Origin: a candidate division FCPU426 bacterium
GTDB lineage: Bacteria; Oederibacteriota; Muellerivitia; Muellerivitales; Muellerivitaceae
Length of the DNA stretch: 64,000 bases
Assembly (NCBI GenBank): GCA_963830915.1
Contig: CAWHOE010000054.1
Span: 1 to 64,000, forward strand
Direction of reading: 5' to 3'
Shown: in pieces, positions 42,494-51,375 of the stretch
Layout of the letters: the number at the start of each line of letters is the position of its first letter
Position numbering within the stretch: the first letter of the stretch is position 1
The notes under the pieces: model-generated
Seen by the model: only the letters and a program-made list of their open reading frames with translations
Told to the model about the DNA's origin: nothing
Database searches by the model: none
Made by a program: the position numbers and the translations under genes

Positions 42494-45238
42494 TCAATGG
42501 ACCACGATGATCTTGAGGACCTGCCTGCCCGTGATCCCGCCGTTCAGGTTGGATATCTCCACCACCGCTAAATACAATCCGCTGGCCGTTGATCCCGCGT
42601 CCCAAAGGGCCTGGTTGGTCCCTGGGCCACCCAGCAGGCTCTTCACCAACTCTCCCGCGACCGTATAGATATTCACCTTCAGGCTCATGGGCTGGGCGGA
42701 GTTGAGAACGAAAGTGGTCCTTGTCGTCCCCCCGGCGAGAATATTGGGTTGGGCGGTCACGAGCCCGTTGGCCTGGGGCCCTCCTGTGACCATGATCAAT
42801 TGGGTGATGTCGGTGGTGCCTTGCCCGTTGTTCCAGTGGGCTTCCACCATGTATTGGCCGGGGCTCACCAAGGCGTTGTTATCGCTCGTGCCGTCCCAAA
42901 AGAAGGTCACAGGGGTTCCGGTGGTTTGGATGACGATCCTCACGCTCACGGCGGCGCCAGCCACGGTGACCGCGCCCGGGTCGATCACGTGGGTGCTCAA
43001 GGAAACCCCGGTCATCTGGGAATGGTCCGAGTCGTCCACCAGGTTGTAGAGGCATTTCACGACCTCCCCCGCCTCGTTGTAGATGTTCATCGTCACCTGG
43101 GCCAGGGACCGGCTCACGGTGGCCTGCTGGGTCACGGTCGTGACCACGCCCATGGAGTCCACATTATCCACCTTGATGTGGTAAACGCCGTTGGTGACCG
43201 GGTTCCCGCTGGAATCCCTCCCGTCCCAAACGGCCAGGAGGGCCCCGTTCGAATAAACCAGGATCTGGTTGTTCGGCCCATTCAAGCTGGTGATGGCGCT
43301 CCCCACCAGGTTGATGGCCATCACGGGGGTCGATACTTTCTCCATCAAAAGGGTTTTGACCAGCTCTCCTGCCTCGTTGTAGACGCCCACCTTGACCGTG
43401 ATATCCCCCGCGACCAGGACCGTCGTGCTGGCGGAAAGCGTGGCGGGGATGCCGGGGTAAGTCAGTTGGGCGTTGTTGATGATGGAAACCCCCGCCGGGA
43501 CCAGGGGATTCACCTGGGTTTGATAGGAAAAAGAATAAGTGCCGGGGCTCAAGGGAGAAGGAAGGGTCCAAAGGAATTGGGAGGATGGGGAGAGGAAGGT
43601 CGCGGTCCCGCTGGAAGGCGTCCCCTCGCTTAAGTAGGAAACGTTGGCGGGCAGGGTGTCGGTCACCACCACGCCCGAGGGGTTGAACCCGACCAGCGTC
43701 ACGCCCAGGGTATAGGTCAAGGTATCTCCCGATTGGGCCCTGGTCTTCGATACCTGCTTACCTAACGAGATGCCCCAGGTCGGCGTAGGTGTCCAAGTCA
43801 AGGTGGGGCTGTTGGTCGTGGTGTTCGTGCAGGTGATGGTCGGGGTATTGGTGGGCGTCGAGGAAGGGGTCAAGGTCGCGGTCTGGGTAAAACTATTGGT
43901 GGGGGTGAAGCTGTCGGTCAAGGTAGCGCTGTTGGTCGGGGTGTAGGTCGGCGTGATAGTGGGACTGTTCGTGGGGGTGTCGCTGGGGGTCCAAGTTAGG
44001 GTGATCGTGGGGCTATTGGTCGCAGTGGAAGTGGGGGAGTTGGTGGCGGTATTGGTCGTCGTGTTGGTGGGGGTCAGGGTGGGGGTGTAAGTGGGCGTCC
44101 AGCAAAGCCCTGTGACGACCTGCACCAGGCTGTAGTCGTAATCCACCATGTACAAGTTCCCGTTCTTGTCGAAGGCGAGGGATTCGGGATGGGAAATGTC
44201 GGTCGTCAGCAGGCCCCCGGTGGGCGGCGAGGGTCCGCCGATCCCGGTCCCGATGACCGTATGGATGATGCCGGTGGCGGTGTCGACCATCCTGACCCGG
44301 TTGTTCAGGTCGTCGGTCAGGAGCATGTTCCCGCCGCAGGCGAAGGTGACGGCTCCGATATCGGTATTTAGATGGGCCAGGGTAGCGGGGCCTCCGTCAC
44401 CGGTGGCGATGGTGATGGGGGAGGGCCCGCTTCCCACGACGGTGCTGATGTCCTTGGTGACTGCATCGATCTTTCGGATAGAGGAGTTCAGCGAATCGGT
44501 GACGTAAAAGTTCCCAGCCGCGTCGTAAGCCATTCCCTCGGGCCCGTCCAACTGAGCCAGGGTGGCCGGGCCGCCGTCGCCTGAGTAACCGGGGCCCAAA
44601 GTGACGTCGCCCGCCACCGACGTGATGATGTTGGTCGTCAGGTTGATCATCCGCACGTCGTTGTTGCCGTAATCTGAGACATAAAGGTTCCCGTCCGGCC
44701 CCACACGAACGATGTTGGGGTTGCTGAACTGGGCCAAGGAAGCTGGCCCGCCATCGCCGGAAAAGCCCGGCGAGTCAGCGATGCCCGCGAAAGTGGAAAC
44801 GACGGTCGTGGCCCGGTCCACTTTGCGCACCACGGCGTTATAAAAGTCCGCGATATAAAGATTGTCATTCGAGTCAAAAGCCAAGCCGGAAGGGAAGTAG
44901 AACTGCGCCACGGTCGCTGGGCCGTCGATATAGCCCCCGATGGAGGTGAAGGCCCCGGCGTAGGTGCTGATGATGCTGGTGGCGATACTGACTTCCCGCA
45001 CGGTGTTACTGCAGGCGTCCCCGATGTAATAGTTTCCGAGGGAGTCAAAGGCGATATCGTCCGGGCAGTTCAGCCCCGCCAGGGTGGCGGGCCCTCCGTC
45101 GCCGTAATAACCGGCGCCTGGGGAAGTGTTGCCCGCCACAATGGTGATGGTCTGGGTCCAGGCCGGAGTAAGGTAGGCCCAGCATAAAAAGAATAAGAAG
45201 AAGCCAATAAGATTTTTTATAGTGGGGCGCATTCGCAT
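42494..45238 (-). CDS. Secreted NHL-repeat beta-propeller protein with Thr/Pro linker, DUF11-like domain, FlgD-Ig domains and a C-terminal sorting-like domain
   Basis: Signal peptide; repeated G(Y/F)SGDGGPATLA.L..P motifs; TPT repeats; GDTLTYTL/VVTDTLP; repeated VYNEAGE(L/V)VK...WDG; ends ASGLYL...KIIVVH. Confidence 0.85.
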   Translation of the reverse strand: MRMRPTIKNLIGFFLFFLCWAYLTPAWTQTITIVAGNTSPGAGYYGDGGPATLAGLNCPDDIAFDSLGNYYIGDACSNTVREVSIATSIISTYAGAFTSIGGYIDGPATVAQFYFPSGLAFDSNDNLYIADFYNAVVRKVDRATTVVSTFAGIADSPGFSGDGGPASLAQFSNPNIVRVGPDGNLYVSDYGNNDVRMINLTTNIITSVAGDVTLGPGYSGDGGPATLAQLDGPEGMAYDAAGNFYVTDSLNSSIRKIDAVTKDISTVVGSGPSPITIATGDGGPATLAHLNTDIGAVTFACGGNMLLTDDLNNRVRMVDTATGIIHTVIGTGIGGPSPPTGGLLTTDISHPESLAFDKNGNLYMVDYDYSLVQVVTGLCWTPTYTPTLTPTNTTTNTATNSPTSTATNSPTITLTWTPSDTPTNSPTITPTYTPTNSATLTDSFTPTNSFTQTATLTPSSTPTNTPTITCTNTTTNSPTLTWTPTPTWGISLGKQVSKTRAQSGDTLTYTLGVTLVGFNPSGVVVTDTLPANVSYLSEGTPSSGTATFLSPSSQFLWTLPSPLSPGTYSFSYQTQVNPLVPAGVSIINNAQLTYPGIPATLSASTTVLVAGDITVKVGVYNEAGELVKTLLMEKVSTPVMAINLVGSAITSLNGPNNQILVYSNGALLAVWDGRDSSGNPVTNGVYHIKVDNVDSMGVVTTVTQQATVSRSLAQVTMNIYNEAGEVVKCLYNLVDDSDHSQMTGVSLSTHVIDPGAVTVAGAAVSVRIVIQTTGTPVTFFWDGTSDNNALVSPGQYMVEAHWNNGQGTTDITQLIMVTGGPQANGLVTAQPNILAGGTTRTTFVLNSAQPMSLKVNIYTVAGELVKSLLGGPGTNQALWDAGSTASGLYLAVVEISNLNGGITGRQVLKIIVVH

Positions 45239-45331
45239 CCCGTCTCTGCGAAGATGGAACCATTATATAGACTTGGAACTGTTCTTTTATTCTCCCGTTA
45301 TTTTTCAGGGGTCCGGGCCTATAATCACCCC

Positions 45332-48300
45332 ATGAATTTCAGGCCAGCATCCAATCCAAGCACGTTAAACCAAGTCCTTCAACAACTTCGGTCCCGTGAG
45401 GACCTGAAGGACCGTATCAAGCATATCGAGGTCATCCCGGCCCTTCCGGCCCGGTTCCTGCCCTGGCCCGATCGCCTATCCAAAGACCTCATCCGCCTCC
45501 TGGAAAAGTCCGGCTATGACGCCCTCTGGTCCCACCAGGCCAAAGCCCTGGAGGCCGTCGCCCGGGGTGCCCATGTGGCCGTGACCACCCCGACCGCCTC
45601 AGGAAAGACCCTTTGCTTCAATCTGCCGGTCATGCAGGCGGTCCTGGCCAACCCCAAGGCCCGCGCGCTCTATCTTTACCCCATGAAGGCCCTGGCCCAG
45701 GACCAGTTGAAGACCCTGCAGGAATGGATGGGACGGCTACAGGCCATGAAGCTTCCGCCCTTTTCCGCCGAGATCTACGACGGCGACACGGCGACCGGGG
45801 TGAGGGCCAAGATCCGCAAGAACCCACCCAACATCGTCCTGTCCAACCCCGACATGCTGCACCTGGGCATCCTGGCCTTCCACGATGGCTGGGCGGAATT
45901 TTTCAAGAACCTTCAATACGTGGTCGTGGACGAGGCCCACAGTTACCGGGGCGTCTTCGGCGCTCATGTGGCCCACATCCTCCGCCGCCTCCGTCGGGTC
46001 TGCCGCCATTACGGCTCCGACCCGCAATTCATCACCTGCTCCGCCACTCTGGGCAACCCCGAGGAATTCCTGACCCAGTTGACCGGGCTGAATTTCGAGA
46101 TCATTTCCGAATCCGGTTCCCCGCAGAACAAGAAGACCTTCGTGCTCTGGAACCCGGACAGCACCTCGCCCTACACCGAGGCGGTGACGCTGCTCATCGA
46201 GTGCCTCAAGGCGGGGATGAAGACCATCGTCTTCACCAAGGCCCGCAAGATCACCGAACTCATCAGCCTCTGGGTCACCCAGGCCAGGCCCGAATGGGCC
46301 GCCCAGATCAAAAGCTACAGGGCCGGCTACCTGCCTGAAGAAAGACGGGAGATCGAGGCCATGCTGTTCAAGGACGAGCTCAAGGCTGTCATCTCCACCT
46401 CCGCCTTGGAAGTGGGCATCGACGTGGGGGGGCTGGACGCCTGCATTCTGGTGGGTTATCCGGGCACCATGATCTCCACCTGGCAGAGGGCCGGGCGGGT
46501 GGGCCGGGGCGAAGCGCCCTCGGTGGTCTTTCTGGTGGCCATGGCCGACGCCATGGACCAGTACTGGATGAACCACCCCAAGAATTTCTTCACCATGAAA
46601 CCAGAATCCCTCATGGTGGGTTTCGAGAACGAGAACATCGCCCGGGCGCACCTGCGCTGCGCGGCCTCCGAGGTTCCCCTGACAATGGAACAGGACGGGC
46701 CTTTCTATGGGGAACTGATGAAAACCCTCCTGCCCGAGATGGTCAAGGACGGCGGGGTCTTGGAAACGGCGGACGGGGGCAAGTGGCTGGTGACGGACAA
46801 GAATCCCCAGAGGGGCATCAGCATCAGGGACATGGGCGAGGGTTACCAGATCATCCGGCAGGACACGGGAGAACTGATCGGCACTATCGACGGCATGAGG
46901 GCCTTCAGGGATTGCCACCCGGGGTCGGTCTACCTTCACCAGGGCGTTCAGTACGTGGTGAAGGACCTGCAGTGGGAACAGCACAAGATACTGGTGCTGG
47001 ACGAGCCGGTGGACTATTACACCCAGGTCAATTACGAGGAAGAGACGGAGATACTGGAAGAGATCAAAAGAAGACCGTTAGGAAAGGGAACCGCCAAAGC
47101 CGAGGCCACAAGCCGAGGCGAAAGCCTTGGCGGTGCCAGGGCAAATATAGGCCCTGGTAGCGGACAGTGTTCTATCAAGTGGGGCAGGGTCAAGATCACC
47201 CAGCGCTTCATCAATTACGAGGTCCACCGCATCGTGGACCGGTCCCTGGTCTCCACCTACGCCCTCACCCTGCCGCCCCTGACCTTTGAGACTCGGGCCC
47301 TCTGGATGGTCCTGCCCGACTATCTCCAGCGCCAGATGGCGGACAAAAAGATCCACTTCATGGGCGGCCTGCACGCGGCGGAACACGGCACCATCGCCAT
47401 GATGCCCCTGCACGTGGTCTGCGACCGGTGGGACCTGGGCGGTATTTCCACGCCGGCCCATCCCCAGGTGCCCCAGCCGGTCATCTTCATCTACGACGGC
47501 TATCCGGGCGGGGTGGGGTTGTCCGAGCGGGCCTATGAGACCATGGAAGAGCTTTTGACCACCACCTACGAGCTTGTGCGGGATTGCGAGTGCGAGGAAG
47601 GCTGTCCTTCCTGCGTGCAAAGCCCCAAGTGCGGGAGCGGCAATCACCCGTTGGATAAAAAGGGCGCTTTGCTTATCCTGGGGCACATCCTGGGCCGATC
47701 GGATTTCAAACCCCAGACGGTCCGGTCCCCAATCCTGAACGAGGAGCCCCAACCCATGGCCGAGGAAAAACCCCAAGTTAAGCCGGTCCGACTGACCGAG
47801 TCCGCCAAGCCCCAGGCGGGGCCCAAGGTCAAGGCCGATCCGCCCCCGGACAAAACCGGCCCGGTCGTGTTCGACATCGAGACCCAGTACCTGGCGGCGG
47901 AGATCCAGGGGGGGTGGAACAACCTGCCCGGCATGCTCCTGTCCTGCGCGGTGGTCTATGACGTGGAGAAGGAAAAGTACTACACCTACGTCGAGGAAAC
48001 GGTCCAGGACCTCATCCGCCACCTGCGGGCCTCCACCCAGGTCATCGGGTTCAACAGCCTGAGGTTCGATTACGGCGTCCTGCAGGGCTATACCTCCTTC
48101 CCCCTGAAAAGCCTGCCCACCCTGGACCTGATGCTGGAGATCCAGAAAAAGCTCAATCACCGCCTGTCCCTGGCCCACCTGGCCCAGCACACCCTGGGCG
48201 GGGCGGAAAAGTCCGCCGACGGCCTTTTGGCGGTCCAATGGTGGCGGGAAGGGAAGTACGACCAGGTCATCGACTATTGCCGGATGGACGTGAAATTGAC

Positions 48301-48394
48301 CCACGACCTATGGAAGTTCGGCAAGGACAAGGGCCATGTGCTGTTCCAGCACAAGCAGTCGGGCGAGATCGTGAAGTGCCCGGTAGCCTGGTAA
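45332..48394 (+). CDS. DEAD/DEAH helicase with DUF1998 (MrfA/YprA-like) fused to an RNase H-like exonuclease domain (YprB-like)
   Basis: TPTASGKT, DEAH, SAT, QRAGRVGR, YDGYPGG.G, CECEEGCPSC...C; C-terminal VFDIET, GFNSLRFDY, YCRMDV. Confidence 0.9.
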   Translation: MNFRPASNPSTLNQVLQQLRSREDLKDRIKHIEVIPALPARFLPWPDRLSKDLIRLLEKSGYDALWSHQAKALEAVARGAHVAVTTPTASGKTLCFNLPVMQAVLANPKARALYLYPMKALAQDQLKTLQEWMGRLQAMKLPPFSAEIYDGDTATGVRAKIRKNPPNIVLSNPDMLHLGILAFHDGWAEFFKNLQYVVVDEAHSYRGVFGAHVAHILRRLRRVCRHYGSDPQFITCSATLGNPEEFLTQLTGLNFEIISESGSPQNKKTFVLWNPDSTSPYTEAVTLLIECLKAGMKTIVFTKARKITELISLWVTQARPEWAAQIKSYRAGYLPEERREIEAMLFKDELKAVISTSALEVGIDVGGLDACILVGYPGTMISTWQRAGRVGRGEAPSVVFLVAMADAMDQYWMNHPKNFFTMKPESLMVGFENENIARAHLRCAASEVPLTMEQDGPFYGELMKTLLPEMVKDGGVLETADGGKWLVTDKNPQRGISIRDMGEGYQIIRQDTGELIGTIDGMRAFRDCHPGSVYLHQGVQYVVKDLQWEQHKILVLDEPVDYYTQVNYEEETEILEEIKRRPLGKGTAKAEATSRGESLGGARANIGPGSGQCSIKWGRVKITQRFINYEVHRIVDRSLVSTYALTLPPLTFETRALWMVLPDYLQRQMADKKIHFMGGLHAAEHGTIAMMPLHVVCDRWDLGGISTPAHPQVPQPVIFIYDGYPGGVGLSERAYETMEELLTTTYELVRDCECEEGCPSCVQSPKCGSGNHPLDKKGALLILGHILGRSDFKPQTVRSPILNEEPQPMAEEKPQVKPVRLTESAKPQAGPKVKADPPPDKTGPVVFDIETQYLAAEIQGGWNNLPGMLLSCAVVYDVEKEKYYTYVEETVQDLIRHLRASTQVIGFNSLRFDYGVLQGYTSFPLKSLPTLDLMLEIQKKLNHRLSLAHLAQHTLGGAEKSADGLLAVQWWREGKYDQVIDYCRMDVKLTHDLWKFGKDKGHVLFQHKQSGEIVKCPVAW
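47090..47158 (+). repeat. Structured palindromic element inserted in frame in the helicase; homologous to the reverse complement of the 48533-48620 and 48839-48925 elements
   Basis: GCCGAGGCCACAAGCCGAGGCGAAAGCCTTGGCGGTGCCAGGGC..GGCCCTGGT compared with revcomp GCCGAGGTCACAAACCGAGGCACAAGCCTTGGTTGTACCGGGCC..GGCCCGGT. Confidence 0.75.
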
Positions 48395-48395
48395 T

Positions 48396-48925
48396 GTCGG
48401 CACTTACCAATTAATTTTCTCAGTTACCACCGGTAATAACGCCACCTACCAATTAATTCCGCTGGCAGATGATCCAATTAATACCACTTGCCAATTTTTT
48501 CCGATGGCCGGAACGCCACTTACCAATTATTTCACCGGGCCTTTGTTCCTCAATGGCCCGGTACAACCAAGGCTTGTGCCTCGGTTTGTGACCTCGGCAC
48601 AGGTGCCGGTAACCGGACGACCAATGTCACTGGAAAACACCGCCCGTGCCGGTAATGCCGGTGGCCTCGGAACCTACCTGCCAATTGTTTCCGACGGCCG
48701 GAACGCCACTTACCAATTAATTCCGATGGAGGACAAGCCCAATAAAGCCACCTACCAATTATTTCCGCTAGGAGACGTCCTTAAAAACGCCACCTACCAA
48801 ATATTTCCGGTGGGTGGAACGCCACTTGCCAATTAATTCACCGGGCCTTTATACCAAATGGCCCGGTACAACCAAGGCTTGTGCCTCGGTTTGTGACCTC
48901 GGCACAGGTGCCGGTAACCGGACGG
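48396..48925 (+). repeat. Array of nine ~24-bp direct repeats (AACGCCACYTRCCAATTWWTTCCG) within a ~306-bp tandem duplication
   Basis: Copies start at 48396, 48438, 48480, 48512, 48670, 48702, 48744, 48786 and 48818; 48510-48619 is nearly identical to 48816-48924. Confidence 0.9.
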
Positions 48926-48940
48926 CCGTTTTCCTCAGGT

Positions 48941-49150
48941 TGTCATTGCGAGGAATGCCCCGCGAATAGCGGGGCGGTTATGACGTGGCAAGCCCAGTTT
49001 AAATAAGCCTTTAAAACAAAAGCGAAAAGCGACTGAGATAGCCATGCCGACCTTCCATAAACCAATCAAAGGGGTCGGTATAGTCCCGAATTCCTATCAA
49101 TTTTTATATGTAATCGGGACACGCCGCATAATTCGCGGCTCGCAATGACA
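48941..49150. repeat. REP/MITE-like palindromic element with TGTCATTGCGAG...CTCGCAATGACA ends and nested hairpins
   Basis: 12-bp terminal inverted repeats; internal stems GCCCCGC/GCGGGGC, ATGCCGACC/GGTCGGTAT and GTCCCGA/TCGGGAC. Confidence 0.75.
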
Positions 49151-49363
49151 GTTATATAAAACTAAACGTTAAATTATTGGCAGGTCAAAAAAACACTGAA
49201 ACCGTTTTTAGACCGACCCCGAAATAGAAAAAGCCACTTTGGTTTTGCTTGCCAATTTTTTATTCGATTCGAATAATATTTACCAAGTTTCGGCAAGGTC
49301 TCGAGGAACCAGGCTGGTTATAAGAACTGGTTAAATAAAGAATCAATATATTTGAGGTTGAAT

Positions 49364-50599
49364 ATGAATAAGAAATCTAAGACAGAACCAAAAACAAAAT
49401 CTTTACTTAGCGGCTACGACGGGCTTTTGAGGGAAGTATCTGGCTACCTGGCAGATGCCCGGCGAGCCTCCGCCAGAGCCGTGAATTCGGTCATAACGAC
49501 GACCTATTGGATGGTGGGACGTCGGATCGTGGAATTTGAGCAAGGGGGCAGTGACCGGGCAACATACGGTGACCTCTTGTTAAAGAGGCTTTCGGAGGAT
49601 TTAACAGCAAGATTAGGCAAGGGATTTGGGTTGAGTAATCTTAAGCAAATAAAGAAGTTTTATTTGTTTTACCCTAGTGTCTACGAAAAAGGCCAGACAC
49701 TGTCTGGCCTTTTCCCCGAAGGGAGAATGGATAAAAATAAACCAATAATGGGCACCCCAATTACGCAGACACCGTCTGCGCGATTAAAAGAAAATAAGTT
49801 TTGCCCGACACTGTCGGGCAAAACCGAAAGCTTGTCGAAGCCCGCTTCTTTTCCTGTTTTTAAAGAAGTTTCCCCCCTGTCCTGGTCCCATTATGTCCGT
49901 CTTCTTTCCGTCGAAAACCCGAAAGCCCGAACGTTCTATGAAACCGAAGCCCTGCGGGGCGGGTGGAGCGTGCGGCAATTGGACCGTCAAATTTCCACTT
50001 TGTTCTATGAACGCACGGCTATGTCCAAGGACAAATCCTCCATGCTTCGCAAAGGTGGAAGGATCCAGCCGGGAGAGGAAACCAGCCCGGAAGAAGAGTT
50101 GAAAGATCCTTATATGTTGGAATTCCTTGGCCTCAAAGACGAGTATTCGGAAAACGACATGGAAGAAGCGCTCGTCCGAAACCTGGAAAATTTCCTGATG
50201 GAACTGGGAGGAGATTTCGCTTTTGTGGGCCGCCAGAAGAGGTTGAGGGTCGGGAATGAGTGGTATCGGGTGGACCTGGTTTTTTTCCATCGCAAACTTC
50301 GTTGCCTGGTGGTGATCGACCTGAAGATTGGTAAATTCACCCACGCCGACGCGGGTCAAATGCACATGTACCTGAATTACGCGCGCGCGCATTGGGTGAG
50401 GCAAGGAGAGAACCCCCCGGTCGGCTTGATCTTGTGCGCCCAAAAGGACGAGGCCGTGGCCCAATACGCACTGGAGGGATTACCGAACAAGGTGATGGCG
50501 GCGGAGTACCGGATGGTCTTGCCGGATGAGGATACTTTGGCGGGCGAGATCATGAAGACTCAACGGCTTATGGAAAAGCAGGGACTATATCAGGCTTAG
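49364..50599 (+). CDS. DUF1016/YhcG family PD-(D/E)XK nuclease-domain protein
   Basis: YWMVGRRIVEFEQ.G..RA.YG, LSWSHY, WSVRQLDRQI, KDPYMLEFL, DLVFFHRKLRCLVVIDLK, GQMHMY. Confidence 0.92.
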   Translation: MNKKSKTEPKTKSLLSGYDGLLREVSGYLADARRASARAVNSVITTTYWMVGRRIVEFEQGGSDRATYGDLLLKRLSEDLTARLGKGFGLSNLKQIKKFYLFYPSVYEKGQTLSGLFPEGRMDKNKPIMGTPITQTPSARLKENKFCPTLSGKTESLSKPASFPVFKEVSPLSWSHYVRLLSVENPKARTFYETEALRGGWSVRQLDRQISTLFYERTAMSKDKSSMLRKGGRIQPGEETSPEEELKDPYMLEFLGLKDEYSENDMEEALVRNLENFLMELGGDFAFVGRQKRLRVGNEWYRVDLVFFHRKLRCLVVIDLKIGKFTHADAGQMHMYLNYARAHWVRQGENPPVGLILCAQKDEAVAQYALEGLPNKVMAAEYRMVLPDEDTLAGEIMKTQRLMEKQGLYQA

Positions 50600-50629
50600 C
50601 AGGGCAACTATATTTGAGGAGGCTCCAAT

Positions 50630-51211
50630 ATGGACGAGAAACAATCCATCAAGAGTTTCTTGAAGGGAATATTAGAACTAGGGGAAATCAAACCCGAGGA
50701 ACCGATCAAGCCGGTCCCAAAGCCTCGCACCGCCGCCCCGGTACCGGCCCGCCCAGCCACTCCGCCGCCCCGTGCGGTCCGTCCAGCGGCTCCCCCGCCC
50801 CGCCTGGCGCCCCAGACCGAGGCCTACAAAAACAGGAAAGCAGGACGAAAAGAACACTACGCCAGTATCGACGGTTTAAAAGAGATCATCGCCTGTATCG
50901 ATAGCCATGGGGAAGTTTCTCCCGCCCAGATAGCCGAGGAGTTGGGCATTGCCCGAAGCAGTCTGACCTATAGCATGAATCGGTTGATGTCAAACTCCCC
51001 CGGCGGGAACAAGAAAAAGGCGAAATTCGATAACCCTTATCTGCTCCCCCACCTTTTGGGCAATAGGCACATTCAGCGATTGGGCGTGGGCCAAACCCTT
51101 CGTTACAGGCTGGTCGCTATCCCTCCGCCCGTGGCGCCTACCCAGGAGAAACCCCAGGAAAACCTAATCGCAGAGCAAAAAAATGATTACCCCGGTTTTT
51201 GGGAGATATAG
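50630..51211 (+). CDS. Hypothetical protein with Pro-rich linker and (w)HTH
   Basis: GAGGAGG RBS; GEVSPAQIAEELGIARSSLTYSMNRL is HTH-like. Confidence 0.65.
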   Translation: MDEKQSIKSFLKGILELGEIKPEEPIKPVPKPRTAAPVPARPATPPPRAVRPAAPPPRLAPQTEAYKNRKAGRKEHYASIDGLKEIIACIDSHGEVSPAQIAEELGIARSSLTYSMNRLMSNSPGGNKKKAKFDNPYLLPHLLGNRHIQRLGVGQTLRYRLVAIPPPVAPTQEKPQENLIAEQKNDYPGFWEI

Positions 51212-51375
51212 GACTAAAATAGGACCATTCGAGTCCGACTTTGGGCGGAACTGAAAAAAATCTTCAATTGGCGGAAAGTATTTTTAAATTAAATCCACGA
51301 CGAGAATTCTTCGTGGACAATAAAATTAATATGTTGGTCAGGCACTTTTTTATAGCCGGAAAATTTGGGGTAAAT

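Noticed and set aside
43790..44100. Short tandem DNA repeats
   Set aside because: Fully explained by the coding Thr/Pro-rich linker of the NHL protein.
48504..48836. 110 aa ORF with repeated ATYQ(L/I)(F/I)P, a possible RiPP precursor
   Set aside because: The peptide repeats arise only from the 42-bp spacing; the 32-bp spacings shift frame, there is no RBS, and there are no modifying enzymes nearby.
48396..48841. CRISPR array
   Set aside because: The repeats are degenerate and non-palindromic, the linkers are only 8 or 18 bp and resemble each other, and there are no cas genes in the window.
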